A stretch of 63,829 bases of DNA, counting the filler, from Licmophora abbreviata (lineage: Eukaryota): the NCBI GenBank assembly GCA_900291995.1. It is 12 parts of 12 records of this genome, joined end to end, with 100 filler letters (N's around TTAATTAATTAA, not from the genome) between each part and the next. Parts side by side here need not be neighbours in the genome. Positions count along the whole stretch, not along the records: positions 7,070 to 36,375 come from OLMU01000798.1; 11 more parts are not named here. The stretch is one strand, 5' to 3'. Position 1 is the first letter of the stretch. Each line of letters begins with the position of its first letter. Both the position numbers and the translations under genes were made by a program. Below, one piece after another: positions 13,101 to 23,842 of this stretch. The notes beneath the pieces were generated by a model, which saw only the letters and a list, made by a program, of their open reading frames with translations, did not search any database and was not told where the DNA came from.

Positions 13101-15906
13101 GTTCGACCGCGCTAGCAAGAAACTTGGTCTCGAGCAGGCTGTCCTCGGGACATTCGGTCACGATAACGACGACGACAAGCCCACGACTCAAGAAATGGAA
13201 CAGCTGCTCAAGAAAGGCGCCTATGCTTTGCTCGAAGACGAGAATGATGACATTGGTCAAGAATTCATCGCCGATGATATCGAGAGTATTCTAGCGAAGA
13301 GGACTCGCACTCGAGTTGTCGAGGGCGCGCAGACGGCTTCGTGGTTGAACAAGCAAGGGATGATTGTGAGCAAGAGCAAGTTCACAGGGGATAGTGCTGC
13401 AGCAACTGCCGGCGTCGATGTTAACGACCCTCTCTTTTGGCAGAAAGTGATGCCAGACTTCGTCACTCCGGAAATTATGATGACGAAACTGGACGAGCTC
13501 ACGGAACTTATCGAAGGCGGGGGTACTAAGCGCAGCAAAGGGAGAGGTCGAGGGAGAAAGAAGAAAGATAAGGGGGAGACCCGCCCTATGGAAAAGTCAG
13601 AAATCAACGAAGAAAGCGAGGAGAAGGAAGAAGCGGACGACAAGGTGCCAGGAGACGAGGCCCGCGAAGATGCTGCTGAGGGAGCAAACGACAAGTTGAC
13701 TGAGAAGCCACGCAACGATGATGCAGAGGAAGCGAAGGGCGAGACCGCCGAGAAGTCAGATGATGACGCTGGGGAAGATGACAGCAAGCCGTCGGCAGCC
13801 AACCTTCAGCTTTCTCGCGGTGCCCATAGAAAGGTTGCAAAGTTCATGTCAGACTTGAAGAGCATGATGGAAGGCATCTTCGAGGAAGCGGACGATGACT
13901 CGCTCCCTCAGTCCGAGAAGTCAACATGCCAGCAACTCCTGCTTACTATATCCATCAAAGAGCGCCTGTTCAACGAAGAACAACGCAAACTGGCCAGGAA
14001 TATGTTGAAGCGTCTAGAGGGCGATCGTCGTCGTCGGTGTCGAACATCCCTTGACCGGGCATCCGCCTATGGACAACATGGCACACCTGACCGAAATGGT
14101 GGCGTCCGAGAGGAGCTCCTAATCCTGAGCAAACATCAGAAAAGGAAGCGCCGCAAACGAAAGGAAGCCGAAAAGCGAAAGCAATCGTCTGATGATGAGG
14201 ACGGGGGAGCCGTCGTCGGGGAAGATGGCTATCTGCATCATTCCGACTCCGAAGCAGATTGGTCCGACGTCGAGGACGATCTTTATCAAAGTAAGAAGCG
14301 AAGCGGGATTAGCGAGAAAGAGGCCCGCCGTCGGCGCGCTTGGGCCTCTGGGGACGACGCAGCCACGGCTGCTGGTAGAGCTTGGCCTGCTTTCCCTCGC
14401 AATGTCGTCAGAAATGTTCTTTCCACTGTCCTGGATGAAGCGATCAAGTATGATCAATCGAAAGGCGGGCTTTTTTCTGTCCCCGTCCCGCGCGACGAGA
14501 TCCCCGAGTACTACGATATGATCACGAACCCCATGGACTATGGCACGATGAAGGAGAAGCTTGAAAATGGGGAGTATCGCTCTGCTCAGGCTATGCAGAA
14601 AGATTTCACTCTTATCATGCGGAATTGCCTCAAGTTCAATGAGAAGGACTCAGAGATCGTCTCGGAAGCAAGACAGCAAGCGCTTTTGCGACCTGCAATG
14701 TTGCGAGACGCCGCGATGAAGCACAGCTTGTTCATCGCTGAAGACGGTTCTGTTCTTGAAGTGTACTCGGAGGCCGACGCTGAGGCCGACGGGAATAAGA
14801 AAAAAGGACGACGCAAGAGGAAAAAAGGGGACGAGGAGCCAGAAGAGGGCGAGAAGGATGAAATTGAGGCCAAGAAACCACGCAAGGTACGATGGATATA
14901 CATGTTTTCTTAGGAATGCTTGCTTCGCTTTCTCTCAATTATCTTTGTTTATGTATAGCGACGCAAGCAAGCCGCCAAGAAGGCTCAGTCCGGGGCAGAG
15001 GAAATGACTGCAGAGACAGACCCATCTGCCGGCAACGACGACCCTGCCCTGTCCACGCTGAACAAACCAAGGATTCGAATCAGTCTATCGAAGAAGGCCG
15101 AAGGAGGGGGGAAAAACTCCAAAAAACGGAAAAAGAAAGGCAAGAGTGCAGAACAAGAAGAGGCATCAGATGATGGTAACAAGGGCGACGATGAAAAGAC
15201 ACCAGCTCCGAAGCGGAAGAAACGAAAGACCGGCACGACTCCTGCACCACGTGGTAAGGAGGGAGCTCCTGCCTCAGCGAAAAACAAGAGTGGCACGAAG
15301 AAGCGCAAGAAGAAAGTCCCCGACGAACACGCATCGGCTGCACTGGACGACCCCGGTCCGCCTTTCGGGGATGTAAATTTCTGGAAGGTGCGACGAGAGG
15401 CGCTAGACGGAAGCTTCGATGCTGCGAGAAACAATTTCTCTGACACTGGGCCTTGGCGACTTCCTTTGCCTGTGCAAGGTAGCTTCGCGCGAATCGCGCT
15501 GGATACACTTGACAAAATGGATAGGTAAGTCCGACCGAATCCGCTGTGGCCTGTACGAGAAGCTATTCAATTTTCTTACCGTGTTTACCGTTTTGCGATT
15601 TCCAGCCACGACAACTACTCTATCTTCGAGAAGTCGGTGACGGAGAGCGAAGCTCCTGGATACTACGATGTTGTCAAGGATCCAATGGACTTCGGAACGA
15701 TGCGGAAGAAAGTCGAAAATGGGGATTATGGGGATGGGCAAGATGCGATTGTTGCACTGTTCAACGATCTTTTGCTTGTGTTCGACAACTGTCGTTTGTA
15801 CAACGAAGACGGCGGGGATGTCATGGAAGAGGCTACCCGTGTGTTTGGTTTGCTACCCGAGACGCTCGCCGAAGCGTGTGCTAACGCCGCAAAACGAAAG
15901 AAATAG
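7178..15906 (+). CDS. CHD-type SNF2 chromatin remodeler, ~2687 aa; exons 7178-8105, 8189-8778, 8864-11417, 11512-12101, 12180-12744, 12836-12905, 12987-14886, 14959-15524, 15606-15906
   Basis: All eight introns are GT-AG and keep frame, restoring [30 protein letters not shown] and [22 protein letters not shown]. Contains DEAH box, CHD6-9-like [12 protein letters not shown], chromodomains ([31 protein letters not shown]), HMG box, PHD (CRQC..CDHC..CPDC), PDZ-like segment and three bromodomains (PMDLGT, PMDYGT, PMDFGT). Confidence 0.93.
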
Positions 15907-15951
15907 ACAGTACTATGTGGCGAGGGTAAACGAAACTACATAATAGCCAAG

Positions 15952-18549
15952 TTATTTTTTCTGTGTCGGCGCCCGCACCAGACTTGCGAGCTCGTCAAGT
16001 GGTGCATCATCCATCGTCACCGAAATTTGAGCCCGATTGAATGTGAGGCAAGCTACTGGAGTTGAAACGCCATGGTCGGCAGCAATTTCGTCTTCCGGCA
16101 CATCATAGTTTCCATGAAGCACGTCCATCGAAGCGCGGTCATTTCGAAAACTCGAGAGAACTTCCTTTACCCGGCCTAGGACCATATCAGCGACGCCGTC
16201 TTCCTTGTCCAGCACAGCCGTTCTATCTGAGGCATCGTCGTGGGTTATCTTCTGATCATTCGCTTCGAAGTGGGGAGCTTCTGTGCCAGGCGGCACCGAG
16301 ACTCCAAGATCACTGACATTTTGCGGGTGAAAGACCGACTCGTCCTCCCCACTAGCGTCGTCTGCTGGATTGTCGTCGAGATCGTCGAGTGGCTCATCTG
16401 TCGACATTTGGTCAGGGCCTTCATCTTCGAAAGACGCCTCAATCGCCACGTCAATAGCAGAGAAACCTTGTTCGCCTTTGCCCTCAGTCTGCTGCTTCAC
16501 ATCGGGCTGAGGTTCAACTAACAAAGTGATGTCGTCTGCCTTTTTGACGAAACGGTCCATCGCCTTTTCTCCAACCTCCTCATTATTGCCCGTATCAAGC
16601 ATTTCAGTCATTCCCACTACTTCGTCGACGCTTGATGACTGACTGTGGTTCGTGACGCATGCCCCCTTAACGTGCGCGTGGCCGTCCGCGATCCTGAGGA
16701 ATTCCACAGTCGACATTTTCGAGATGTCATGTTTCACAGGTGAATTTGAACAATCGGTATTCCGGTCTTCGACCGCACTGGGTTTAGCGCGAACATCTCT
16801 TAGGCACCTGTCAGCGTTCCCCATAACGACTCGTTCCGAAAGAGTTCGCCACAGTGTTGGCTCAACATTCTGTGTCACCATGGTATCAGAAGATGGCAGT
16901 TGGAGAACCGCGATCTCAGAAAGCGACGAGGTTGTGCTCACGTCGTCCAAGTTGTAGTCAGAGGTCGGCGACGGATGCAGAACAATGCCAAGGAGCTCGG
17001 CGTCCATTATCTCCTGAAGTGTCAATGACTCAGAGAAATCCCGAGAGACCTGGCGCCTTCTACGCGGAACTTGGTAGTCGTTGTCAGCGCCCATGTCGAC
17101 GAGGCTAGAAACCGATGGTTCATCCGCGTACGTACGACGCTTTGGCGTCAATAAATTTGGGTCGACGAGCTCAAGCGACTTCTTTATCCCGTAGTCATTT
17201 CTCTCTGCAGTGTAGTCCCAAGTGGGATGCGTCACAGCCACCGATGCATTCTCAGGAGTCCGGGGCCTACTGGAATCTACCCCGAGAGATTGATCCTCTT
17301 GGCCGTACTCGCTCTTTCGACGTCTAACGGAAACCACGGTCCCAGGAATCGTAATCTCTTCGCGCAATGATTGACGGTCAGGTGAAGCTTCTGCATCTTG
17401 ATGTTTCTCGGGTGAGCCCAAGTTGGTCAAGAGTGTCGTCAAGCAAGGCTCCGAGTTGGACCGCCTGTGTCTACTCTTCTCTTCGAAAATGCGTCTCTGC
17501 GCCTCCCGATCCTTGTCACTCAGCAAAGAAAGACGGCTACTCTGACTCTTTGCATCATCATCGTCGCCCTCAAACGCAATCGCCTGGAAGTCAAAGAACC
17601 ACGTCGTCGTGTTCTTCAAGTCAAAGCTGCGTTGCCGTTTGAGCTTTCCACCACGAACGGGGGTTGTGGGTGCCGACGACGATGCCGTGTGCTTCATGTC
17701 TTCGAAATTCCTCCAAAGTTTCCGATACTCCTGTACGTCCGCCTGTCGATCACCTAGCTTGCTTGTTCGACGTTTCTTTCGTTGCTGCTGCGCCGCCATT
17801 TGGGCTTGTACGCGAACCTTGTTAAAGTGAGCAATGGTGTGTCGTTCCACCGATCCGGGCGACGGAGGCCCGTCCGATAGTGGAAGCTCTTGTCCAGGAG
17901 GAGGCGCAACGAGAGGAGGTTCGTCGTGATACACAATACTGTTTGGACCTTTCGACTGTCTACGATAGCGCGATCGCATCCTCAGCCCTTTCCGTTTCGG
18001 ACGCGGTGGGGAGCCAGTGGTACGACGCGAGTCCGTCTTGACGCCAAGCGGGTTCAGCGGACCCGGTTCACTTTCCCATGCCTTCTTGGATCGCCGGAGG
18101 GCCTCTGCATGGCTCTGATGCTGCTCTTCTTCGTCACTGGGAGCATCCGGGTCAACTTCTTCCGGAATCACTGCCGAAAGCTCTTCTGTATGGCGCAACG
18201 AAGGAACGAAACTCAGCAAAGATACGCCCTGCGACTCGGGATCGTCGCCGTCTTCTTCCTCCTCTTCTTCGTCGTCGTCCAAACGTGGATCGGGTGTGAG
18301 ATTCCCCAAAGATGACATGGGAGTCGGCAACGAGTCGGGAGAAACTGGTTGCGTTGCTGCCGTATGCTCCGAAGGCGACATGGGCGCGTTGCGTCCAGCG
18401 GCAACCACGGATAACTTGGGTTTTCGAGCGAACTTGACTCGACCCACAAACGCTCTCTTTGCTTGTTTGACGTTTGGAGTGTGGTGACTCTTGACACGGA
18501 CTCCACTACCAGTAGTTGCAGGCCCATCCACACTCTGACATTGCCCCAT
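15952..18549 (-). CDS. Hypothetical low-complexity protein (~865 aa) with N-terminal MGQCQS acylation-type motif
   Basis: Uninterrupted 2.6-kb ORF; first ATG gives MGQCQS; no recognisable domain. Confidence 0.75.
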   Translation of the reverse strand: MGQCQSVDGPATTGSGVRVKSHHTPNVKQAKRAFVGRVKFARKPKLSVVAAGRNAPMSPSEHTAATQPVSPDSLPTPMSSLGNLTPDPRLDDDEEEEEEDGDDPESQGVSLLSFVPSLRHTEELSAVIPEEVDPDAPSDEEEQHQSHAEALRRSKKAWESEPGPLNPLGVKTDSRRTTGSPPRPKRKGLRMRSRYRRQSKGPNSIVYHDEPPLVAPPPGQELPLSDGPPSPGSVERHTIAHFNKVRVQAQMAAQQQRKKRRTSKLGDRQADVQEYRKLWRNFEDMKHTASSSAPTTPVRGGKLKRQRSFDLKNTTTWFFDFQAIAFEGDDDDAKSQSSRLSLLSDKDREAQRRIFEEKSRHRRSNSEPCLTTLLTNLGSPEKHQDAEASPDRQSLREEITIPGTVVSVRRRKSEYGQEDQSLGVDSSRPRTPENASVAVTHPTWDYTAERNDYGIKKSLELVDPNLLTPKRRTYADEPSVSSLVDMGADNDYQVPRRRRQVSRDFSESLTLQEIMDAELLGIVLHPSPTSDYNLDDVSTTSSLSEIAVLQLPSSDTMVTQNVEPTLWRTLSERVVMGNADRCLRDVRAKPSAVEDRNTDCSNSPVKHDISKMSTVEFLRIADGHAHVKGACVTNHSQSSSVDEVVGMTEMLDTGNNEEVGEKAMDRFVKKADDITLLVEPQPDVKQQTEGKGEQGFSAIDVAIEASFEDEGPDQMSTDEPLDDLDDNPADDASGEDESVFHPQNVSDLGVSVPPGTEAPHFEANDQKITHDDASDRTAVLDKEDGVADMVLGRVKEVLSSFRNDRASMDVLHGNYDVPEDEIAADHGVSTPVACLTFNRAQISVTMDDAPLDELASLVRAPTQKK

Positions 18550-19149
18550 GACGCTCAAGTGAACTCAGTTGTCACAGGTAAGCGCTGTAACAGTAAGACT
18601 TTAAGTGGTCGGCTCACGAAAGACGTGACTGATTTTGAAACCTTGCAAATTAGATTTTGCCACAATCGAGTTGGCAGCTGCTATCCGAATGAGGTGCGGG
18701 ATAAGCTGGCGTACGCAATGAGCTGTCCGCACTCTAAACTTTGCTGCGACGCCACTTTGGTTGCTGCAAACGGAGCTGACGCCCTGATGAAATCGCTTTT
18801 CATAAAGACGCGGGTTCGAGCAAGTCGTGCCGATACCATGCTTTGATTTTCGGCGGGAAAGTCGTACCAAATATATCAAAATTATCAAAAGCTATTTAGG
18901 GCTGAAGATATGAGATATATTCAAACAGTGCGGCGCGCGGCGGCAATGCCGAAATTACAAATGAGCATTTGAAACTTCAGGAAGGACGAACCATGTGATG
19001 GCATGATGGCCACAATACCGGTATGATAGCGGCAGACCGGTATGGCAGGCAATAGTCTAAATTCGATTCAACGATTATATTCACTCTAAGTTAGAGCAGC
19101 AGTCTAACCAGCCACCTAATCAACTACATCTTGGGGAATCCAACGTCGA

Positions 19150-21819
19150 CTAATCTTTCGCATCTTCATTGGATTTCTCGCTGGAGGTTCCGGTCGACAA
19201 AAAGGTGAACTTTGCCGTAGGTGACGAGGGCGGTGTCGCGAGCTTGAAAGTGCCACCACCAAAGGTGGGATTGGAGGGTGTCACTTGGAACATGGCAAAT
19301 GGATTTGGAACAGATGCTTTCGTCGATACGCCCGTCGATATGCCGAGCTCGTCCACCTCCGAAGCTGCGGCAGCCGAACTATTTGCGAATGAGAATGTTG
19401 CGTGCAAGGAACTTGCCTGATGGTCGCGTTCCAGCGCTTGCGCAAAATTTACGCCCGCGAATGGATTGCTACGAGGTTCATCAGCTTCTGTGGTCTCCGC
19501 CCTCTTGGTGACGGAAAATGTCCGTCGCCCAGCTAAAGCTGGGTCTTCCGAGACTTCAGACACCACCGCTTCCTCTTCATCTTCGTCCAACTCACTGAGT
19601 TGTTCATACGTCGAGTCCTCATCTCTAGACTCCGCCGTTTCGTCGTCATCTTGATCCGTTGATGCCTCGCGTGCCATTAAAGAAGAGTCTGGCTCTGCAG
19701 AGCAAATCGCCGAAGACAGGGCATCCAGACCGAGCGTGTCAACTGACGGTTTGCCAATAGTGTGATTCTCGCTGCCCGTCGCCATGAACGAAAATGCAGC
19801 CGGTGCGATTGAGGTTGCTCCCTGGTCCCATCTCAGAAGCTGCGCCAAGTCCTCCTCATTATCCTCACCGCTTCCGTCGGACGACGTCGAGTTGCTCTCG
19901 TCGGAATCGGAGCTGTAGTCATACTCCGTATCTCGCACTTCAGCCGCCAACGAAGCTGCTGGCTCGGAGGATAAGACTGCCGATGACAGCGCACCAAAAC
20001 CAAAGCTCCTATGATCGTTAGATGCCGACGGGGATAACCCCGAAGAGACAGCAGTAGCTGGCGTTGGAAAGTCGGCGTTTATTTCGTTTGAAGATGAAAC
20101 TTTGGCCAACTCGAACGATCCAAACATGGATGCCCGAGAGGACTTCGAGGTGGACGGCGACCTGGTCTCCAGAGACGCCGGCTGAGTGCCACCAACGAGG
20201 GATCCCTGCGCAGACGCACTCGATTCAAAAACGGACGGCCTGGAAGCCATAGAGCTTACAGCGAAGAGTGCACCTTGTGAGGATACGGAACGCCCGAACA
20301 AAGGCACTTGAGACTCTGTCGACGTAAAATGTGGGGCGTCGCTGGAGGTAGAAGAAGCACAACCGAACCCGCCAAATGCGGGGGCCGTGGTGGTCGACGA
20401 CACGCCAAAAGGTGTGGCACTCGTCCCAACGACTGGTTGTTTGCTCGCCGTCGCACTCAGACTAAAGGACGACGTCGTTCCAAATGTTGTTGACTGTTCG
20501 CTTGACAGCGCTGCAAAACTTGGGGCCGCAACAGATCCACCCGATGCTAAAGTGCCAAACGTGCCACCAAACGGCTTCGTTTCTTTCGTGTCGTTGCTTG
20601 CACGCATTTCCACTCCGTCTCGAACTTCGCCACAGTCGGCAATCACAACAGACGACCGCGGTCGCTGCTTGCTGTCGGTCGGTATCTGCGCAATGTCCTC
20701 GACAACTTGCATCCCGTTGGTGACTTCTCCGAAGACCACATGTTTGCCATCCAAGTATGTAACAGGTTTTAGGGTGATGAAAAACTGAGAGCCATTCCGG
20801 TTGGGGCCGTTGTTTGCCATACTGAGAAGACCCTTTCGATTGTGTGACATGAAGTACTCGTCCTTGAACTTGCCCCATGTGTCCCCATGTTCGCTATTCG
20901 GAGGATAGATCGATTTTCCTCCTGTTCCATCACCTTTTGTAGTATCTCCACCTTGAATACAGAAACCAGGAACAATGCGATGAATCCGGCTGCTGCGATA
21001 GACTAGTGACTTCCCCTTTTCGCCCGTACATAGAGCACGAAAGTTCTCACATGCCAGTGGCGCTCGATTCTCAAACAGCACAACTTCCACCCGCCCAGTA
21101 TTCACTCTGCCATTGTAGTCAAACTCGAGAAAGCATGTCGTACCTTCTCCCGCAGCTGGTGGGAAGCCTTTGACATACTTCTCCTCCAACTTGCGAAACA
21201 GTACTTCCTCTCTCCCATTGTAAGTTTCCAGTGTCGAATCAACGGACCCCACCTTAGACGGATTGTGTTCCAAGTAAAAAGCAATCAGCCGTTCGCGATG
21301 CGAGGGCGACTCCAGAATGTCGACGCGACGCTTAGCATCATCAGGCGAGACCGGTGATGTCGATGCAGACATTTCAGCTACGTCTTTAGACTCATTCTCT
21401 GCCGTCTGCATCTTGGTTTGAGGAAGAACACTCCCTTGGGCGGAAACTGGGGAAGACTGTGACACGATACGACGTGGAGTTCTGGCATGATCCGACGACT
21501 GGATCGAACTGCCAGTTCCTTTCACAGATGCTCGAGTCTGGTTTTGTTTCGGAGTCAAGACAAACGGGGACCTTGGTTTGTGCGTCGGTGTCGTCGTCAT
21601 GCCGCCTACATCCGCCCGCACCGCCTCCAGTTTGGATGATGCCCTCTTATTGCCATCACCATCATCGGGCGCTTGTTCCTTGCATTCAAAAGATGCTAGC
21701 GGAGTCAACTTCTTTCGGGGCGACTCCTTCCATCGTTGTCGTGCTGCGCGAAAGGATTTCAAGTCTCTTTTACACTCGGGAGGCACCGGCGGCGACGAGG
21801 ATACGGAGGTCGACGCCAT
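19150..21819 (-). CDS. Cyclophilin-domain protein with FG/NPF-rich Ser/Thr low-complexity C-terminal half
   Basis: Cyclophilin motifs ACENFRALCTGEKG, HRIVPGFCIQGGD, LSMANNGPNRNGSQFFIT, LDGKHVVFG; about ten FG dipeptides and two NPF motifs downstream. Confidence 0.9.
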   Translation of the reverse strand: MASTSVSSSPPVPPECKRDLKSFRAARQRWKESPRKKLTPLASFECKEQAPDDGDGNKRASSKLEAVRADVGGMTTTPTHKPRSPFVLTPKQNQTRASVKGTGSSIQSSDHARTPRRIVSQSSPVSAQGSVLPQTKMQTAENESKDVAEMSASTSPVSPDDAKRRVDILESPSHRERLIAFYLEHNPSKVGSVDSTLETYNGREEVLFRKLEEKYVKGFPPAAGEGTTCFLEFDYNGRVNTGRVEVVLFENRAPLACENFRALCTGEKGKSLVYRSSRIHRIVPGFCIQGGDTTKGDGTGGKSIYPPNSEHGDTWGKFKDEYFMSHNRKGLLSMANNGPNRNGSQFFITLKPVTYLDGKHVVFGEVTNGMQVVEDIAQIPTDSKQRPRSSVVIADCGEVRDGVEMRASNDTKETKPFGGTFGTLASGGSVAAPSFAALSSEQSTTFGTTSSFSLSATASKQPVVGTSATPFGVSSTTTAPAFGGFGCASSTSSDAPHFTSTESQVPLFGRSVSSQGALFAVSSMASRPSVFESSASAQGSLVGGTQPASLETRSPSTSKSSRASMFGSFELAKVSSSNEINADFPTPATAVSSGLSPSASNDHRSFGFGALSSAVLSSEPAASLAAEVRDTEYDYSSDSDESNSTSSDGSGEDNEEDLAQLLRWDQGATSIAPAAFSFMATGSENHTIGKPSVDTLGLDALSSAICSAEPDSSLMAREASTDQDDDETAESRDEDSTYEQLSELDEDEEEAVVSEVSEDPALAGRRTFSVTKRAETTEADEPRSNPFAGVNFAQALERDHQASSLHATFSFANSSAAAASEVDELGISTGVSTKASVPNPFAMFQVTPSNPTFGGGTFKLATPPSSPTAKFTFLSTGTSSEKSNEDAKD

Positions 21820-22046
21820 GGTTCCGGTAATGAAACTCGATTTTGTTTGATGTCGCCCGCGAGCTTTGAAACCTCATCGCGGGCGATTCTCGACATCAAG
21901 GGAGCTCGAGGGATGCCGAAGCGGGCAGTCACGAGATCGTTTACAATGAGCTTGCAAAACAGAGGTTGCACATCTACATATCGTCTTTAGAAGTAGCTAA
22001 TACTTCCATAGTCCCCTGTCTGGTCTGAATCGACCGTCGCAGATTC

Positions 22047-23136
22047 TTACAGCCAGTAGACAATCACTGTAATGTTGTCCGTACTCCCTCGCTTCATTGC
22101 TTCCCGAACTAGCCCCCGTGCAGTATCCGAGCGATTCCCTCTCCAGCCTAGTACAAAAGAGATCGCCTCGTCATCCGCCAGTACATCCCACAGTCCATCA
22201 CAGGCCAGTATCAGAATATCCCCTTTGTTTGCTTTTACATGCGTTTGCGTGTAGGGTCGCGCAATGACAAAGTCCTTCATTCCGTGATCTCCCAGACTCC
22301 GAGCCACCGCGAGAATGCCCACGACGCGACTCTTCAGGACAAAGCCACCCGCTGTGGTGATGCGATGGAGCTCCTCCCGATCGTCGGCGCGATGATCGTG
22401 CGTGAGGCGTTGTACATCTGTAGAGGGGCATGTCGAGGAGGATGAGGAGGAGGATGTGAGACCTGATCGCGTGGTGATGGCTTGCGAAGCCTTTCCCAGT
22501 ACGATCCGCGCATCTCCAGCGTTGGCGGTGTGAATGATAACGTCTGATGAGTCGGGCTGTGACTGTGGTTGAGAAAAGGAGAGTGATGTGTCATCAGTCA
22601 AAATAGTTCTGGTGTACCAATGACGCTCTGTTTGGCCGATGACACTCTACAACTGAGCACTTACTTGCACCAAAGCAATCGCTACTGTCGCTCCCGACGT
22701 GGTGATTCCCATTTGACGACTGCAAACGTCAGTCCACAAGAACGCTCGCTCCAAGCGTGTGTGAATCGATGCGTCGTCATCGTGATGCTGCAGTTCTTGT
22801 GCCACGTTCTGGGCAAGCGACTCTTCCAAAAAGTCCACCAGCTCACGGCCTATGACGTATATAGATGTGGTTTCCAGAAGTCAAGTGTGAGAAGCCACCA
22901 TGGAAGCATCTGATGAGAGATACATAGTCGTAGCTACATATCATACCTCCGTGTCCATCGTACACCCCGAGATATGCCATGTTGGGATCGGGACAGTTCC
23001 ACGTATCGGGAGCATAAATGACGTGACAGTCCTCCATGGTACTTCGTCGAGAGGGGTTCATCTCCTCCGCAGTACTACTGTAACAAGGCGCCATGGTACT
23101 ACTCGTTTCTTGCGGGGTCATGGTCGTTGTCATCAT
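22047..23136 (-). CDS. PP2C/PPM family protein phosphatase; exons 23136-22947, 22849-22665, 22562-22047
   Basis: RRSTMEDCH, GVYDGHGG, SGATVA, TANAGDAR, LAVARSLGD, LILACDGLWDV, GSTDNITV; two GT-AG introns restore the frame. Confidence 0.93.
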
Positions 23137-23363
23137 GGTCGCGTTTTTCTTGTGTCGCGCCGCATTTGGGTGTGAATGTTTGTACTAATTTCCACGTAGA
23201 CCTGTACTCGTATAAAAGTAACGTAGGAATCAATTCGACTGATTGAATACTTGGACTTCAAAATTGCAATCAGACAACGAGTGAGATACCGGCACAGGCA
23301 GACCACGCGTACGAGTATGCCATTACGACCGACAGCAGACAAGTGTGATTCTATTCCTTCGTT

Positions 23364-23807
23364 ATGGAGGACCATGCAATTGACTCTCCTACTTCCACAA
23401 GCAGTAGCACTTCTAAAGAAGGAGCCGGAATTTTGATTCGAACACTCAAGAAAGTAGACGCTAGCAACACCCTGCAGGATCATGACCGCCCCATCCCAGG
23501 GGACGTCTGCTTGGTGCGCTACCAAGGATTTCTAGACAACGAAGATCGCTCTCCCCTGGAACGTGTCGCATGCGATGGCTCTCGACCTCCGCCGTTGGAA
23601 TTTCAGGTAGGAACGGGACAAGTCATCGAGGGACTCGATGTGGCCGTACAGCATCTAACTCCTGGACAAGGGGAGGTGGAGGTGATTATTCCCTATCTCT
23701 ATGCCTATGGTGAACTAGGTTACCCTCCGAGAATACCGCCTCGATCAACCCTACTTTACAGGCTCGAACTGCTGCGTGTTACGAAAGCAAGTGAAACTGG
23801 AAAATAG
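23364..23807 (+). CDS. FKBP-type peptidyl-prolyl isomerase
   Basis: GDVCLVRYQGFL, PLEFQVGTGQVIEGLD, IPYLYAYGELGYPPRIPPRSTLLYRLELL. Confidence 0.92.
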   Translation: MEDHAIDSPTSTSSSTSKEGAGILIRTLKKVDASNTLQDHDRPIPGDVCLVRYQGFLDNEDRSPLERVACDGSRPPPLEFQVGTGQVIEGLDVAVQHLTPGQGEVEVIIPYLYAYGELGYPPRIPPRSTLLYRLELLRVTKASETGK

Positions 23808-23842
23808 TTACAATTGATTTTCGCCGGCGTTGCTTGAGGTAG

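Noticed and set aside
19150..23807. Cyclophilin-phosphatase-FKBP cluster as an immunophilin/calcineurin-like system
   Set aside because: The phosphatase is PP2C (PPM), not calcineurin (PPP). Orientations differ, and eukaryotic adjacency alone is weak evidence without conserved synteny.
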